From the NCBI GenBank assembly GCA_021613535.1, contig CP075497.1:682001-746000 (forward strand): 64,000 nt of DNA. The letters run 5' to 3'. Within the stretch, counting starts at the first letter, position 1; each line of letters opens with the position of its first letter. Both the position numbers and the translations under genes were made by a program. The notes under the pieces are model-generated. The model was not told the DNA's origin and did no database searches. It was given only the letters and a program-made list of their open reading frames with translations. Positions 36,707 to 51,658 of the stretch are shown here, in pieces. Source of the DNA: Adineta vaga. Its lineage: Eukaryota > Animalia > Rotifera.

Positions 36707-38663
36707 ATGACATATTATTGTTTATTGGATCGACTACCTGTTGAATTACTCCGAAATTTATTTACTTACTTTTTAACACATGAACTTTTCTTTTCTTTCT
36801 CCGATATTAGTGATTACGTAGACAATGTTTTATTATCCTTTATTTCAAATCAACCAAATTTTCAATCGATTCGAAAAGACTATTTTGATCTTATTTGTCA
36901 TTATATTCAACCAGAACAAGTTACATCATTGACACTTTCTGATGATGATGACACTCCTGATCAATCTAAACTATTCTTAAAACATTTTCAAATCGAACAA
37001 TTCACTCAACTTCGATCACTTCGATTAATCAGTATTGAACTCGATTCATTATCATCCATCGTTCCTAAATTACATAAACTTAATCAATTCCATTCTTTAT
37101 CTTTTAACGTTGAATCTATCAAATACAAACATTTAACTGATATTCATAGAATCAATAATCTTCTCGATTATATTAATACTAAAATTATACCAAAATTAGA
37201 GTATGTTTATCTAACTAATGATATATCTATAACGACTCAGCCATTACCATATCTCCATCATTTAAAATTTAATCATTGTTCTCTCGAAAAACTCGCAGCA
37301 ATATTTCAAAATGCATTACAACTTAAATCACTCAATATATGTCTAAATGTGTTTCAAAAGAAGTTTCAAATTCAATTACCAGTCAATCAACTCATTCGAC
37401 TCAATATGAAAATTAATCGTAAGTAATCAAAAACTACGAACTTCTATCTTATGATTTAAAAATGTTTGCCAACGCAATCTCTGGGAGATAAGAAGGATGA
37501 AAGACGATGAAGCTTACTTTATTATAGTGAAAAATCAAGTATTTCCATTGCATACGAAATTTTTGTTAAAAGCCTATTCTATAGAATCTAATGCTTAGGA
37601 TAGCATCTATGGGAAAGGATAGGTCTATATTTTATCAAGAGTGTTTATATTATTATATCTTTAACTTCTAGGTTTATGTGTATCTATGGATGAAACGGAA
37701 GATTTCTTAGTACAATTTCCCAATTTAAAATATCTTTCTCTTCAAATGTGTGGCCAAAATGATCTTGCAGATGGTGATCGATGGAAACAACTAACAAAAT
37801 TTCTGATGTCATTCAAATTTTTTTTTACAATTGATCTATGTTGTTCATCAATGATTGAATCTCTCAATACATTTCGATCGTCATTTTGGCTGGAAGAGAA
37901 ACATTGGTTTGTTGCTTATCAAAGAGGATGTATGTTTTCAATTCCTCAAATTGCTCCTATTCATAATGATATTCCTTATCGATTACCTATTCATTCAACA
38001 TCATCGAATATTACAAGTATCTTTAATCATATAAATCATATCTTTGTGGATGCAATACCTGCTAATAATTCTATTTATTTTGCTTATATTAAAATATTGG
38101 TTTTAAGATGTTCAATTTCAGTTGATATTCTATCATCTATTATTGATCTTAATCAAATAGAACACTTAATTATATGGTCAATAGACGATTTATTAAAATT
38201 TATTCCATTGAATTCGATAATGTCTCGATTGAACAAATTGACAATTGCTCATAATATTAGAATACATACAATTAAGTTGATTGGAACTTATCAATTTAAA
38301 CAAATTCGATACCTTAAAATTAATTTAGAAAATGAAAATTTTGATGATGAAATGATTACAGAATTAACTCAAATCTTTCCAGATATTGAATATTTGAAAA
38401 TATACATGACCTTCTTTCTATCACATATGCTTATTGGTCAAGTTATAGATGATTTTAAACATCTATCAAACATATCTCTATTCTATAGTTCAACAGTTGA
38501 AATCATAAACCCGTCTTCTTATTATGATATGAATTTAATTATTCAAAATTCACGGAAACTCAAGGAAAATCATTTTACACATCGAGTTTGTAAAGCAACT
38601 GGTCAAGCTAATTCATTTAATATTCATCTATGGATTGGAAGACAGACCAGTTTTATTGTATAA
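36707..38663 (+). CDS. F-box-like / LRR-like protein (bdelloid-expanded type)
   Basis: LDRLPVELLRNLFTYF F-box-like start; intron ~37419-37671; FRSSFWLEEKHWFV motif shared with the gene at 44907-45977. Confidence 0.75.
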
Positions 38664-39098
38664 GAGAACGCTTGGTTAAAGAAGACTTTTATTTTAAAAA
38701 CATATCTTTTGTATTGATATTCTTGATGTTTATAAACTTTATTTCATAGATTTGATATCAAAGTTAACGGATAGAATAATTCGTGATCATATAATCTTTA
38801 TGTCTAAGTTACATAGATTCTCATAATCCAATTTGAGGGTGTAGATGAGACTTCAGGCGGGACATTCTCACCTCGCACTTTAAAAATCATATAATTGATC
38901 AGTTATTAATCCTTACACATATTTTTTCTCCTATGACACTTCTTTCAGTAAAGTGAAAATAATGTTTCGCTCTTTATAATTTTAATATGTTTCATGATTT
39001 ATTTTGAATACCAAACAGAAACAAACAATGTAATGTTAGATTTTATTTTATTCTCGGAGACGTACTGTTTTTGTTCGTTGATAACTATCGATATTCAT

Positions 39099-39332
39099 CT
39101 ATTTGCCAAATCTATCACAATCACAACCATCAGGTTTTGGTGGACAACCACGTTTCTTACGGCCACCAAGTATACCTGTTAATATACCAATGGTGTCCTT
39201 GTTATCACATAAATTGTATGATGTGCATTTCCACGTACAACGCCAATCGAGATCTTTACCAGTCAAATCTTCTGCTTGACTGCTGACAAATAAAACAGAT
39301 AATACGGCTATGAGGATCAAAAATTTTTTCAT
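39099..39332 (-). CDS. Small secreted 6-Cys peptide precursor (77 aa)
   Basis: Signal peptide MKKFLILIAVLSVLFVSSQA; CxxxCx5C...RKKR...Cx6CxC; a 5' UTR intron is plausible. Confidence 0.7.
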   Translation of the reverse strand: MKKFLILIAVLSVLFVSSQAEDLTGKDLDWRCTWKCTSYNLCDNKDTIGILTGILGGRKKRGCPPKPDGCDCDRFGK

Positions 39333-39987
39333 ACTGTAATAGAAAATATATAATCATTATCATGTGTTCCTGATAATACTCTATATGTGTCTCCATAGTA
39401 CTTACCTTCACGTTTTGATTTCGATAATAAAATGTTTGAATACGAATTTCTTTAATCGCAAGAAATATTTCTATACATTTATATACTATCCGAAATTGCC
39501 TGATGGCGTGATATTTTTTACTTTTTCAATAATAATAATTTGGTATAAATTATTCAGTTCCTCATTTCTTTTCAAAAATGATCGTATTTGCATAAATAGA
39601 TTTTTCAAATTCAGACTCGATCATTTCCACATCCTTAGATCTTCAATAATGCTTTAAGGCAGTTGAGTCACTTATGCGACTCTTTATTATTTAAATATAT
39701 AATATATGCAGTTGAGAACCCGGCAAAGATGGACTGGATTTAAAACTGAAATAAAGGAGCCAGAAGAGTTAGAAAACAATCATAATTCTTGAGGGTGTGG
39801 GTGTGAGCGTCAGTTAAGAAAATATACTCTCACCCACTCTGGAATTATATCATTATTCCAATAAGAAATTAAAGATTAGTAAGATAAAGGTATATGGAGA
39901 GCGACGAAGATTTATTTATTTCATATAGATTTATTCTTAGACTCACACCCTCATAGTCTTTTTCGTATAGATGAATTGTCAAAATAT

Positions 39988-42900
39988 TCAAGTCGATTGA
40001 TCCGCACATCGTTCGCAAATGTCGAAACCTTCGTCTATACAAGAACAATGCCATGAAAAACTAAAATAGTTTCTTGAGCATATATCACATGTAAATTCAC
40101 TTGTAGGATATTGCTGGCCATAAATCTTTCGATGATTACTATTATAGAACTTGAGTCGATGGCCTTTTGGACATATAAGTTCTAATATACCTAGGAAGAA
40201 CAAAAGCTGAGCATTTTAAAAATCGGTTCGTAACAGAATTTTATAAGTACTCAAAAAAAAAGTGAGATGATCTTTTCTCATTCATCTTACCATTAAGATC
40301 TGATTGAATCGGTTTCTGAAAGATTTTAAAAAAAAAGTCACACTAAATCAATAGAAAAATTGATGACTAACCAATCTGTCTCGCTGAACATCTTATAAAT
40401 ATGTTATTCCTGTTGGTCCAATGTCATTTTCACGAAGTTTGAGTGTCGCGAGTGTCTACGAGATAATAAGAATTATGTAGTCCAAGAATTTTCAATCTTA
40501 CTTGATTGTATTTTAATGCATCAGCAAGATGAAAAGCTCCTTCATCTCCAATAAGATTTGATCGAAGATCCATTAAGACAATTGCCTAACATCACATTGA
40601 GATGTAAATATGAAATGTATCGAAGAAACGCAATATTTACCGGTGATTCTTTCAAAATTACAGCTAAAAGTTGAGCACCTCGATCGCTTATCTTATTTGA
40701 AATGAGGCTAATATTTTGGATTCTCTGAATAATGTCCTTAGAGGTTAATAAAGTAGAAACCATATATTCAATGATATTATCTCCGATTCCACAGCAATCA
40801 AGATTGAAGTACGTAGACTAAGAGAAAGAATATCAGAACAATTAAGGATGATATGACAAATTCATGATTTATACCTGTTTACATATCATATCAACAATAG
40901 AGGTAATAGCGCTACAATCGGGACTGTTGTTATCACGTAGGTAAAGAGATACGCACTTCTAAACGAATCATGCAATGATAGTTATACAAATAAATATCTA
41001 ACTTTATTATTTTTGAGTGCGTTAATAAAGTATTGTGCTCCTTGATCTCCGATTTGATTCTCTTCAAGATGCAATCTAGTAAGCACCTGTAAGAGACAAA
41101 ATAAAAACGAAGAAATTTAAGTATTTATAGTTAATTACTCTATTTGTTTCTAAAGCATGAGCCAAATATTTAGCTCCTCGATCGTCGATTTGATTGTTTC
41201 CTAGTCCAAGAGTAATGAGACTCTTTCGACAAAAAGGAAATAAATGGTAAAAATTAGATTATACGTATAGTTACCAGATGATTCTGTAATACTTGAGCAA
41301 GATATTCTACCCCCTTATTTCCAATTTGATTCTTGTCAAGTATAAGTTCAGTTAATGTCTAGTTTTAAACGGTACAAATAACGTGATTGATCGAAATAAA
41401 TAAGAAGTCCTTACTTTAACATTATTTAGAACATTGGCGAGATCTTTAGCACCTTGGTGACCAATATTATTGTCCTTCAGAATTAATTTTGTCAGTACCT
41501 AAGATAGATAGAAGGGACATTACGATAAAATCATCATTAACATTTACTTCATTAGTTTCTAATATATGAACGATATATTCGACTCCTTGATCATCTATGT
41601 TATTGCTTCCAAGATGAAGTACATCTAGTTTCTATTGATAAAGTTAAAAAAAGCCGAGAATAATTGTTGAAAAAAATGTTCATCAGTGTTACATACCGGA
41701 TGATGTTTCAAGACTTCAGCGAGATGTTGTACTCCCTTATTTCCTATGAAATTGCAATCGAGAGAGAGTTTAGTTAATGCCTAGTTTTGAACAATAGAGA
41801 AAAATGAGTATGATTAAAACAAGTCATAAAAACTCACCTTTTTGTTGATCAGAACATCAGCAAGATATTTCGCTCCTTGCTCTCCAATTTGACATTGATA
41901 AAGAGATATTTCAGTCACCGTCTAGATCATATAAATATACAAATGAAAACAAGACGATCGATTAGATTTACAGTATTATTTCGTAAGATGGAACTGATCA
42001 TTTTTGCTCCCTTAGATCCTATATTGTTCCATCCCATGCTACATTTCGTCGAATTCTGTACCAAAATATCAATATAGAATAAAATGATGAATGAGTAAAA
42101 AATTGGTTATACTTTGTCATGAAGCATAGTGACACCCTGTTTTAGTGCACAACATAAAACACTCTTATTAGAATCCAAATCGAGACATTTCAGTGTCTTG
42201 AAAAGACAATGGTACATGAGAAATAATACATAGAAGAGACAGTAAAACTTACTGTATTCTTTTCCATAGCATCAGTAAGTATTTCCACACCTGTATCTTG
42301 AATTTTATTCGACCTTAATATTAATTCAATCAGAGTCTACAAAACAATAAACATGTAAATAAATGAAATTATCAAAAGAATTTTCTACCAAGTTCTCTTT
42401 TAACATATCAGCTATATATCCTGCTCCTATATCAGTAATTGAATTGTCCGAGAGATCAAGTCGTTGAAGTGACTATGCCGAAGAAAGATACATTATGTCA
42501 AATAAATTGATCGATACTTACTTGATTATTTCTTATCCAATCAACGAGATATTGTACTCCTTCATTTCCTATTTGATTGTTTATTAGTGAAATGATTCTA
42601 ATTACCTGTTATGAAAGATAGGTATAAAATTGATTGATTCTTGTTAAATAATATCAACGTGCATGATACTCACTGAATTATTGCGAAATACGTCAAATAA
42701 AAGGCGACATTTGATATCTTCAAGTTTCATATTGTGCAACGATATATTTCGCAATGTCTGTGTGATATTGTAAGTATGAGAAAATATATTAGAATGAAAG
42801 AAGTCTCGTTACTAACCTGCTTTCTTTTAATATTGATGATTCTTTCAAAGAAATTACATGTCGGATCTTTATTACCACTGAGATAGAGTTTAGTGGAAGT

Positions 42901-45900
42901 CTATATGAGAAAAAGAAGTACTATAGCTAATAAATGAGAGAAAAATCTAAAAACAACTGTTTTATGTCGCCATCCACTATATAGAATATCTATGCCATTT
43001 TTTTCAATATTGTTTGATCGTAGATCAAGATGTTGAAGAGTCTATATGAGAACAAATATTACATGCAAACGAAAAACATATATTATACTGACAGTATTGT
43101 TTTTCAAAGCACCGGCAATATATTTCACTCCTTTATCTCCGATTTCTTTGGATCGAAGATCTAATGCTATGATTTTCTGCAACCGAAATACGACATCTAG
43201 ATTTAGGAATGATATTGAATAAATAAAAGTTACCTTGTTGTTTCGAATTTGAAAACTTGCATCGATAGCATTAGCATCACAGTCTTCATTACCTCGCAGA
43301 TCAAAATGTACAAGTTTCTATTCGTATGAAGAATATATAAACAATGAAATTCTGCGAAGAAAAAACTGATAAATTACCACATTATCTTGTAAAGCATCAG
43401 CTATCTGAAGTGTTCCATAGTCTCCAATACAATTGTTACGAAGATCAAGCTCGGTTAGCATCTAATTAGTAGAAGAAAAATAAACGATGAAAAATTCCTC
43501 TGGATTGATGAATAATAACCTTTTTGTTTCGGAGTATATTGGCTAAACATTGAGCACCCATAGTTCCAATCTTGTTTCCACTCAGATCAAATGAAGTAAG
43601 TGTCTGTTTTTGCCAAACAAAATCAATAAATAATACTAAGGATTCAATAGTTGAAGAATTACCGTGTTATTAGCTAAAGCTTTAGCAAAGGAAAGTACTC
43701 CCTGATCGCAGATGTCATTGTTTTTTAGACGAATACAACTAATATTCTAAATGAAATAATACTTCTGTTGATTGTATGTATCAATAATAAAATGAATTCA
43801 AATTTACCGTATTATTTTGTAATACATCGTTCAAATATTGTGCTCCATTGGCTCCTATTGAATTGTCGCTAAGTTCAATTGAGACAAGTGTTTTTATCAC
43901 AAAATGAATTTAATCATATTTTCAATATTGATAGAGAATTACTGTTTTCTTTCGTAAAACTTCAGCTAAAATTTGTATACCCTTATCATCGATTCCGTTC
44001 TCATTCAGTAAAACACGACGAATAGCCTATAAAATAAAAACACATAAATTTTTCCTAACATAAATCAGTACTCACTAGATTCTGTTGTAAAGCATCACTC
44101 AAATATTTTACTCCACCATTTCCAATTTGATTTTTTCCAAGACCAATTGTAGTCAATTCCTTGAAATGATATATATTTCATAGTAAATCAATACAAATGA
44201 ATATCTACTTTATTAGATTTAATTGCTTCACTGATGTAGAACACACCAAGTTCTCCAATTTTATTGTTATCTAGATAAATGTCTCTGATAGTCTGTACGA
44301 AGAAGATTGCTCTGGATATGAAAATAGATTTTTTTCGACTTACCTTGTTGTTCTGCAATCCATCGCAAAGATATTTTGCTCCTTCAGTTCCAATCTGATT
44401 TCCTTGTAAGTTAAGTGATATTAAAGTCTTTTTCAATGCAAAATAAATACAAAAATCAAAACGAAAAAAAAAGTTTTCTATTACCGTATTCGTTTTTAAA
44501 ATATTAACAATAAATTGTACACCTTCGTCTCCTATAACATTATTTTCGAAATGAAGATATTTGATTGTCTATATATAATAATAATAATCTATTTTTTCTA
44601 TTTATAATGAAATATAATTACTGTGTTATTCTCTAATGCATACATTAAATATTTCATATCATATGCTACCAAATTCTGAGATTGTAGTTTCAACTTTATG
44701 AATATCTATTTCAAAAAAGAAAAAGAATTAGAAAATCCTTAATCATATATCTCAGTAATCAGCGTTCATCATTTTCTATAGGCAAAATAACTTTGATTAC
44801 TTACCCATGGTTTCATAATACCATTGAAATTATGTAACAGATGAACAATTGAATGAGAATCAATATTTATTGATGTTGAATAAAATCGCAATGTACGTAA
44901 AGAAGATTAGATTATTTTATTGGATAGTGAACATTCTTCGAAGTCCATAGTACGTAGTGGTGTTGTATAGAAGTTAACCATTTTGCTCTCTAGAACATAA
45001 TCGCACGTGATAATCCACTTTTTTTCTTGTAACCAAAATGAAGTTCGAAATTGATTAATTATCAAATCAAGATGTTTGATATCGTCAGTTTGTTTCAAAT
45101 TGTATGAAAAGTAAAATTGAAATGTTTTGAGATCGGATAGTTTATTTTGAATTAAATGTGTCCAATCTGAACCATTTATAATAGAATCTAATTTCGATCG
45201 ATATGACAATAGTTTAAGCTGAAGAAGTGATGGAGTGAATGATAAAACTAATTCAAAATCAGTCATTGATAAAGAACTATTACCGATTGTCAATGACATC
45301 AATTGTCGATAATGTGTACAAGTCGAAGACAATGGTTCGTATTTGTCCATGATGAATTGTCCAGTTACCAATCTTCGTAATTGTGTTAATCCCTGTAGAA
45401 TAAGATGGTATTCCGTCAAGGAACATGATTTAATTGTTAGATGTTTTATAGTGTATAGATTTGGCCAAGGTATGTTTTTAGTAATAAATTCTGCTTTTAT
45501 TAAATATAATTGATTCAGAGTGCCTTGAGTCATAACTTTCGAAAGGAAAGCTAATGAATCGCTTTGATATAAACCACGTGTATGAATGCTAAGCGAGTTT
45601 AAATTTGATAAAACAAGTCGATTTAAAAGTTCGTAATCTTTTGAGTTTGTTATTAGATCTAATGTAATCGATCGAATACGAGTTAATCGACTAATGTCAA
45701 TAAGAGAAAAAAGTAATTGAATTCCAGATGATCGATTCGATTCACCATCAAATATAATTGAAGTAATGTTTTCTGGTTTTATAAGACGAAGAATTCTTTT
45801 CAAATATAGATTTGATATCGAATTGAGATCTAATTCATATTGATTATATTCATCAGTAATTTCATAAAATCGTTTACACACATGACGAAACGACAAAGTA

Positions 45901-45977
45901 ATAGATAAAGTATCAAGATGTTTGAAAATAAGATCAAACAGTTCAGATGGTAATGTAAAAAGTGATGCGTTTGTCAT
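39988..45977 (-). CDS. F-box + ~31 RI-like (NLRC3-type) LRRs + C-terminal Cys/His zinc finger; ~35 exons
   Basis: LFTLPSELFDLIF F-box; series of ~84-nt exons (TLxxLxLxxNxIGxxGAxxLxxxLxxNx) separated by ~55-nt introns from 44706 to 40372; final exon CPKGH...CDIC...WHC...FDICERC. Confidence 0.85.
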
Positions 45978-46429
45978 CGATAGCTATGTAATCGATTAAT
46001 GGAAATAAATTTACCTTTCTATAATGCAAGATAAGCGAATTTTTCTTCTTATAAATAAAAAAGATAGTCACAAGAACACGTGTAATTATCTTTTATTTGT
46101 GGACTGCGCACACATATTCAAGAACAAAGAAGTGTTTTGTAAAAGCACAAATATAAGTATCGTCTCTTATTGCAACTACTCTGGATGTTGTGAAAGGAAA
46201 TCGTAGAAAAATCAAATATTTGCGCTTCACATCATAAACATCATAAAAAACCATAAAATTCAGTGTTTTTCCAGTTATTCAGATAGGAAAAAACCAGTAG
46301 AACCGATACGTTTGAAGGTAAAAACACATATATAAACGAGTTCTTATCATAATGAACAAATTTAACGGGCTTACTACTTTTTTCAACCAAGAAGTTTGAG
46401 AATATAGGTGTGCGTATCAGACTGATGTC

Positions 46430-47800
46430 ACCTATTCAGACTTTCATTAAAAGAGAGATAATTCGGTGTTAGTGATCTATACGAATTCGAGGGAATAACA
46501 AATACAATGCAGATGAGTATTGATGGCGAAAACGAAATAAGATAGGTAGAATGATACAACCATAATAAATAACGAGATACATCCAGATAAACGTGATGTT
46601 GATAGAAGAAGTAAAGTGATAGGACTGATGACAAGTTGTTTATAAGTTTGTTTTTTATGAACTTCAGTTCGTCGTCGAGCACTTGCAATAATAATAAATA
46701 AAGCAGAGAGAAAATTAGCAATGAATGGGTCAAGAAGATGAACAAATAGAATAGTTGTATTATAATCTTGAACTGATTGAGAATAAGAAATTGTACATCA
46801 ACTATGTGTATCTTTTACAATTGATTCCGTAGCGTCGGTGAATTCATCGATAGATTCTCTTTCCATTATTTCATAACTGAATATTTGATGATATAATGGT
46901 TCACGAATAAATTGTGCCAATGATACAAAACGATACGGTAAGATAAATAGTATCCATTGAGCTAAATGCTTACTTTTTCTTTATTAAAATTCACTCCTTT
47001 ATAAACATTAATTATACGTTCAATGGCTATACATACATTAAGCCAAGCATTCCAATACAAGGAAACATTCAAAAGAGTCTGAATCGATAGATGAACAGTT
47101 GTGTTCATTTGTGTAAGAATAACAAACCAAAATTTGATTATTAACATAGAAATTGTCAAAAGAGAATTTAGTGAACAAGCACCATATTAATGACATCTGC
47201 AGCAAACATGATCATTGTTAAAGCAGCACTTTTTATTTTAATAACAAATGGTTGATCATTCATCGTTATATTTCGATTTACTTCAAAATGTAAAATATCA
47301 TCAAGAGTTAAACTAATAACTTTAACATGAACATTACATGGACCATATCCATAATCTTCCGATAGGATTTTATGAAGTATCATTGATACTTACTACTAAT
47401 GCGTTCAAAAGTGACATTCGATGTACCAGTTACTTCGATTGAGAATGATGCTGTTGTTAATGACTAATATGTTTATGGTGTTGGTTCGAAGATGAACTAT
47501 AATTTAAACTGATCATTATCAACAACATTGCAAACATAGAAGTTGTATCCTTTTCTTAACTATACCTTAAGCAAAACCTTGAAATCTGTTTTAACAAAGT
47601 CTCGGTGAGATATGTTACAGGAAAATTTGAAATCTAGAAATATTTTAATTATTCCTGAAGTCTGTAACTTTCCCTGCCATACATGCAACCTACGAAAGAA
47701 TTTCCCGATACTGCGATGTAGATCGTTAGCAACTGGTGTAACAAGTAAAAATAGAATGTGTAAGAAGCAAAAAAATATCGTGTTCTCGAATTTCTAGAAT
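46430..47800 (-). pseudogene. Degenerate rhodopsin-like 7TM gene fragments
   Basis: YWNAWLNVCIAIERIINVYKGVNFNKEK (TM3 ER motif) and YLISFSPSILICIVFVIPSNSYR (TM7), with frameshifts. Confidence 0.55.
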
Positions 47801-48927
47801 ATGTGCTCAAGTTATTTAGTGACATTCTGTCGTTCAAAAGTGACTTAGAAGTCTAATATAACTTTTCAATGTTTATACAAAGTCCCTCTAACGGTTTAAT
47901 GCGAAGGAAACAGGATTTTCTAGACAGTGCTTCTCTCATCTTCTGAAAATATCTGCGGTTTTCAGCTATTTTACTCGAGCGTAGAAAATACTACTTCATG
48001 CGGAGAAACGAGAAGCTTGTATATAATTGTTTAGTGTCAGAAAACATATCCACCACAGATGACTAATCTCTGAAAATTGTTCATAATAATGCCCCGTTTC
48101 ATATTCAAATGCACTAGTCTTGATATCGATACGATTATTCTCATATTAACTAAGTAAATATGCCCCCAGAACTGGCTTCTACCCTCATCCGAAGAACAAA
48201 ACGATAGGTATTCCAAACTCTTTCGCTGATCCTTCGGATGAATATTTTGGAGCAACACATCTGAACGAAAAAAGAATAATGCAAAGTTTCATTTCTCTTA
48301 CATCGATTTACACAATGTATATTTTACATTACGACCCTAACCGTATTAAATCTCAGCAACAATGATATAGGGGTTGAGGGTGTGGGTGTGGACATGTATG
48401 GAAATGTGTTTGCACTGTAGGGAGAAGCGGTTTGATCGGAATCCGATCTGGTTTGTATACGGGTCCAAGTTCGGCTCCATCAGTAATTTTAGCAGATCCA
48501 GTTTCTATTTAGCTCTAAATTTCAACCAGATCAAATTAAAATCAACACATTCTATACTATCTAGTTTTTCTTGAAAGTTTCATAGTTCTTTTTAATCTTT
48601 TAAAAAAAAGGAAACATTTCAAATAGAAAACATATGATTAAAAATACGAAAACGAAAAATTATAACAGTTCCTATTGGTAAAAAAAAGAATCCGAGTCTA
48701 GAACCAACTAGATCTGGTTCAGGTCGAACTCATCTTTCACATTTTGATGCTTAAATATGACAATTTATATGTAATATCTATTGAGAACCAGAAGAAATAA
48801 GCATTAGAAATATTATTCAATTCTTTGCGCCATCTATAGTAGAAATTTAACGTTTATATTCATAGGTGAAATGAGTCATTTACTTAAATAATATATTTCT
48901 TTTTCTCGCATAGGTAAGAACAAAGAA

Positions 48928-50423
48928 ATGACTACTGAGAAAAGAGTGATATTTATAACATCAGATGAACAATTAGTTCGTGAAATATCTTTAAAAAAAA
49001 GTAAAAATACACATATTATCGATTTGGATACTGGAAAACCAATAATTTCAACATTATCAAAACATGTGCGTAATAAATATATATATCAAAAAAAAAGAAC
49101 AATATTATTTTTCTCTTTGAAAATAGAATTCAAAAGACGATCAAATTCATAATCAATTGAAAACTTCAAGAAAATCAATAACTAATTCTATATGTGTTAT
49201 TTGTGGTGATCATGCTATTGGATATAATTATGATGTTCTTTCATGTGCTTCATGTAAAGCATTTTTTCATCGATATGCTCATGAAAATCTCGTAAAGATG
49301 AAATCATTTTTCTAATTTTTCTATTAATTTTGTTTATTTTAAGGAAAGATTAAAGTGTTTAACAGGTCAAAATCAATGTGTAATTGATTATCGAATAAAT
49401 CGCCGATGTTTTCCATGTCGATTGAATAAATGTTTTTCAATGGGTATGAGAAAAGATTTTATTCTTAATCACCAACAAATACAACAGGGAAGAAAATATT
49501 CCAAAATAACAACTGAATCTATATCTAATGAAGAATTTGATGAAATTGATAATGTAAGTTATTCTTTATATAAATTTTCTTATTTATATCTAATTCAAAT
49601 TTATTTCTTTGACAAAAAAAAGTTATTATTAAATATAAATGAAAATGATATTAATAATGTTTTAAATGAAAATTTTCCATTAAATAATACAGAAGATTTT
49701 GATATTATTCATAATGTTCAATCATCATTTTTATTCTATTTTGAAAATCAAATTGAACATCTTCCTGAAACATTAGATCTGTCTGATAATGCTTCAGCAA
49801 TTATATCTTGGGCACAATTTGATAGTGAAATTGCTCTTCAAACTATTCGATTTTTTCGTCATATTAATGAATTTGAAAATTTACATGCAGATGATCGTTT
49901 TATTTTAATTAAATATAATTTATTTCCACTTATGCTTATTCGTAAATCTTATAATTATCGACCAACAACTTTACGTGATCCTATTGAGATAGAAAAAGAA
50001 AAAGAAAGAATAGCAAGACTTGAAATTCTTTGTAAAATATCAAATGATTTCAAAAATAAAAGCAATTTATTTATTCATTCTATTATTCAATATACTGAAC
50101 ATGATTCTATATTATTATCACTTCTATTAATAATCGGTTTATTTTCTCCAACTTTATCATTAAATCTTGATGAACCAATATTTAAAGATTCATTATCAAT
50201 TTATCGAGCACAAACTTTATATACAAAAGTTTTATGGAATTATCTGATTATGAAACAAGATGAAAACATAGCACAACAAAAATTTCTTCAATTAATGATA
50301 ATTCTTCTTCGAGTTCAATTTACAAGTGTAGTTGGTCGAAAATTTTTTCATGATCAAATAACCAATACAAATAGTGTAGATAAAATAGCAGCACTTATGC
50401 AGACTATTTTACATATTTGTTAA
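48928..50423 (+). CDS. Nuclear hormone receptor (NR1-like), 4 coding exons
   Basis: CVICGDHAIGYNYDVLSCASCKAFF...C...CFPCRLNKCFSMGM DBD; FFRHINEFENLHADDRFILIK LBD signature. Confidence 0.9.
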
Positions 50424-50558
50424 ATATATTCAGATCGATTCAATACGTACTAAAGATCATACCTAAGAAGAAGATTCATAAAATTTTCAATTCCGTTTAT
50501 TGTTCTATCAATCAATACAATATGAATAGACAATCAAATGAAAATGAATAAAATAAGT

Positions 50559-51658
50559 TTAATTTTTCAAAGGCGCTGAACTGCCGAATTCCATATGAGC
50601 AAATTTTTCTGGAAGACGACCTCCACTTATATCTGCATTTTCACAAGTTTGTCGAATTTCTGCTATTTCTTCTTTTGTTAATTTCACATTTGCTGTACCA
50701 GCATTTTCTTCTAAATTTTTCATTTTTTTTGTACCTGGTATAACAATAAATTCTTCACCTTGTGCAAGTATCCATGCTAATGTTAATTGACCTGTTGTAC
50801 AATTTTTTTTCTTTGCAATTTCATTCAATAGTTCCACTACTTGAAGATTTTTTGGAAAATTTTCTTTTGAAAATCTTGGTAATATTCGACGAATGTCATT
50901 TGCTTCGAGATCATCATGACTTTTAATTTGTCCAGCTAATATTCCACGACCTAATGGTGAACCACAAACAATTGCTATTTCAAGTTCTTGACAAGTTTTT
51001 AAAACACCAATTTCTGCTTTTTCAATATTTAAACTAAATGGTGAATATTCAATTTGTACAGCAGATATTGGATGAATTTTTGATGCACGTCGAATTGTAT
51101 CACTTGAACATTCTGATAAACCAATATATTTGATTTTACCTTGTTGTACAAGTTCTTTTAAAACAGTCATGGCTTCTTCAATTGGAACTTTTGAATCAAT
51201 TGAATGAACATAGTAAAGATCAACGTAATCAAGTTGAAGACGATTTAAGCTTTTCTCGATAGCTTGGCGAACATATTCAGCATCATTTCGAACGCCGAAT
51301 GATTTATCTGGATTTATAATCAATGCAAATTTTGTTGCAAGAAATACCTATGTAAGAAATATTTAGATGAATGATCAATAGCTTTATTCATTCATATATT
51401 TTAACTAACCTTTTGACGTTGTTGTGGATATTTTTTAAAATATTTTCCCAATAAATCTTCACTGTCACCATAAATATCCGCAGTATCAAAAAAAGTACAT
51501 CCAAGTTCAATAGCTTGATCAAGAATTTTGAAACGTTCTTCATCAGAAGGAGGTGTTCCATAAGTTCCTGATAAACCCATCATACCAAAACCAATAGCTG
51601 ATACTGATGGACCATTTTTACCTAACTGACGTTTAGGCACTAATTGTTGACTACGCAT
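50559..51658 (-). CDS. Aldo-keto reductase (AKR13/YakC-like), 2 exons
   Basis: IGFGMMGLS, FFDTADIYG, FLATKF, SLNRLQLDYVDLYYVH, GKIKYIGLSE, VIPGTKK; intron ~51348-51409. Confidence 0.93.

Noticed and set aside
40372-44706. Periodic ~140-bp pattern as a CRISPR array or satellite
   Set aside because: The units are divergent LRR-coding exons with GT-AG introns, not identical repeats with spacers.
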